From assembly GCA_000320545.1 (NCBI GenBank), contig ADNK01001276.1, forward strand, positions 124,001-188,000: 64,000 nt of DNA, in the 5' to 3' direction. A program made the translations under genes and the position numbers. Shown here piece by piece: positions 61,718-64,000 of this stretch. Positions within the stretch are counted from its first letter, which is position 1. Each line of letters starts with the position of its first letter. The DNA comes from Bigelowiella natans CCMP2755. Its lineage: Eukaryota; Protista; Cercozoa. The notes under the pieces are model-generated. The model made no database searches, was not told where the DNA came from, and saw only the letters and a list, made by a program, of their open reading frames with translations.

Positions 61718-62260
61718 TTAGAAGTATTCCTTGCCGAACATCTTTGTCTGAAGGAGACACAATTTTAGTATGAACTTAAGCTAGTAAGGTTGAAACCTAA
61801 CATGCATACCTGTTCAGATTTTATTGCTTTGTAAATTAGAATAGGGACACCGAAGCCGAAGACGAGGACAGCAGGAAGATTTTCACTGAGTTTGAAACTC
61901 TCATTCAGAAAGTCACGAGTGCCAGCATTACCCTCGATGTGTGGGTTCTTCTTCACAGAGAAGGGACCTTCCTCTCCCTATTCATTTAAAATGAAATAAA
62001 TTTCAACTGATTATTCGATCATCCGGTTTGATAATCAAGTTTCTGCTGTAGAAACATTACAATTTAATGCCTCTGCAAAATGGAAGGTCTCAGGATTCCT
62101 GATGTTTCTTTTCCATGCTTCTTTTACACTAAAATAAGAATAAGTGTACAAAAATACTGTTACTGACCCCGCGTAGACTCGATCGTGTAGATATGTTTCG
62201 TTTTTTCAGAAGGCTTCGGCGCAAGCCAGAGGGGGGGAGGAGGCGGCGGAGGGCAGACAT
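61718..62260 (-). CDS. NDUFB4: Mitochondrial complex I accessory subunit B15 (NDUFB4)-like
   Basis: Arg/Ser-rich presequence MSALRRLLPPSGLRRS; KKNPHIE..R..L..SFK..LVFGFGVPILIYKAI resembles plant-type B15. Confidence 0.65.
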
Positions 62261-63072
62261 CACACGCGGTCTTCAGACTCTGCTACACGGATGCGGACAA
62301 AGTAATCCATCAATTATAGTTCTATCGTTTAGTAGCGACAATAATTTAGAGTAAAAATCAGATAAAATATAAAGCGAATAGGGAATACAGAGAAGGACGA
62401 TTATATTTCACATCTATGAAATTATGCCAACAACAGTTTTTTCAGACGAGCGAAGGAAATCATCGAATGTCAAAAACTAACAAAAATAGGACATTTTTGA
62501 GCACTCTCGGGAAAAAGGCCATTTTTACTAAGTTTTCGACGAACAGCGACCTCAAGTATTTACCTATAATTTGGGATTTGTGTTTGCAAGACTGCTGTAC
62601 ACCGTTTAAGGAGGTGCGACAAGGTGATCCAAATTAAAAAAGGATGGACATCACTCATCACTGAGCATTTGTGTTTTCAACTTGTTTGCTTTCTGGTTAC
62701 ATCCTAATTTGCTACGTAGCCAAACTCTCATGGGATTGTTCGCAGAAACATAACTGTCGAAAATCGTTTCGCCAATAATTCCGAAATTCTATCGGTAAAA
62801 CATCGTAACTTAAAATACCCCGAAACGTGCACTCGCTCTTCGACATCTTCACCGACCGCTCCAACGCACAAACTCACGCACAAGGCAAATTTGAACAGGT
62901 GCGCGGGGAGGTGCGTAGGGCAGCGCGTGACTGTTACTGCTTAGATTCATGGAGGATTGGCTTTGAGATCCCTTTTAGATCCTCCGAGAGAAACGAGAGT
63001 TTAAGGAAAGGCCGGGTTGTTGTTGCCGTGAACTGAAATTTGCTCTCTCTTTACCTTCTACTTAGGAAAACT

Positions 63073-64000
<928 letters not shown>

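Overview
Gene-dense, intron-rich eukaryotic (protist-like) nuclear DNA with GT-AG introns and many intronic microsatellites. Host genes recognisable after manual splicing: NMD3 (partial), a myristoylated EF-hand protein, U2AF65, an SH3 protein, a secreted cyclophilin-like protein, a C2H2 zinc-finger protein, a PTR2/POT peptide transporter, a cytochrome-b5-reductase-like gene, a BRCT protein, an EML/WD40-coiled-coil-B-box protein, a multi-KH RNA-binding protein, a degenerate MTH1-like NUDIX protein, complex I subunit B15/NDUFB4 and an RHM-type NDP-glucose 4,6-dehydratase (partial). There are two nearly identical, very young Ty3/Gypsy LTR retrotransposons on the minus strand (16174-21880, TSD AGTC; 47729-52894, TSD GGGA), each broken in a different way. 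Three observations stand out. (1) The integrase ends in a domain resembling Dam-like/DIRS-type N6-adenine methyltransferases with a degenerate catalytic motif, where chromoviruses carry a chromodomain. (2) Several intergenic tracts have lost almost all TpA except inside CTAG while keeping CpG, which suggests an adenine-directed, RIP-like mutational process. (3) Both retrotransposon copies inserted into such tracts. All assignments are by-eye motif recognition with no database searches, and most exon boundaries are approximate.
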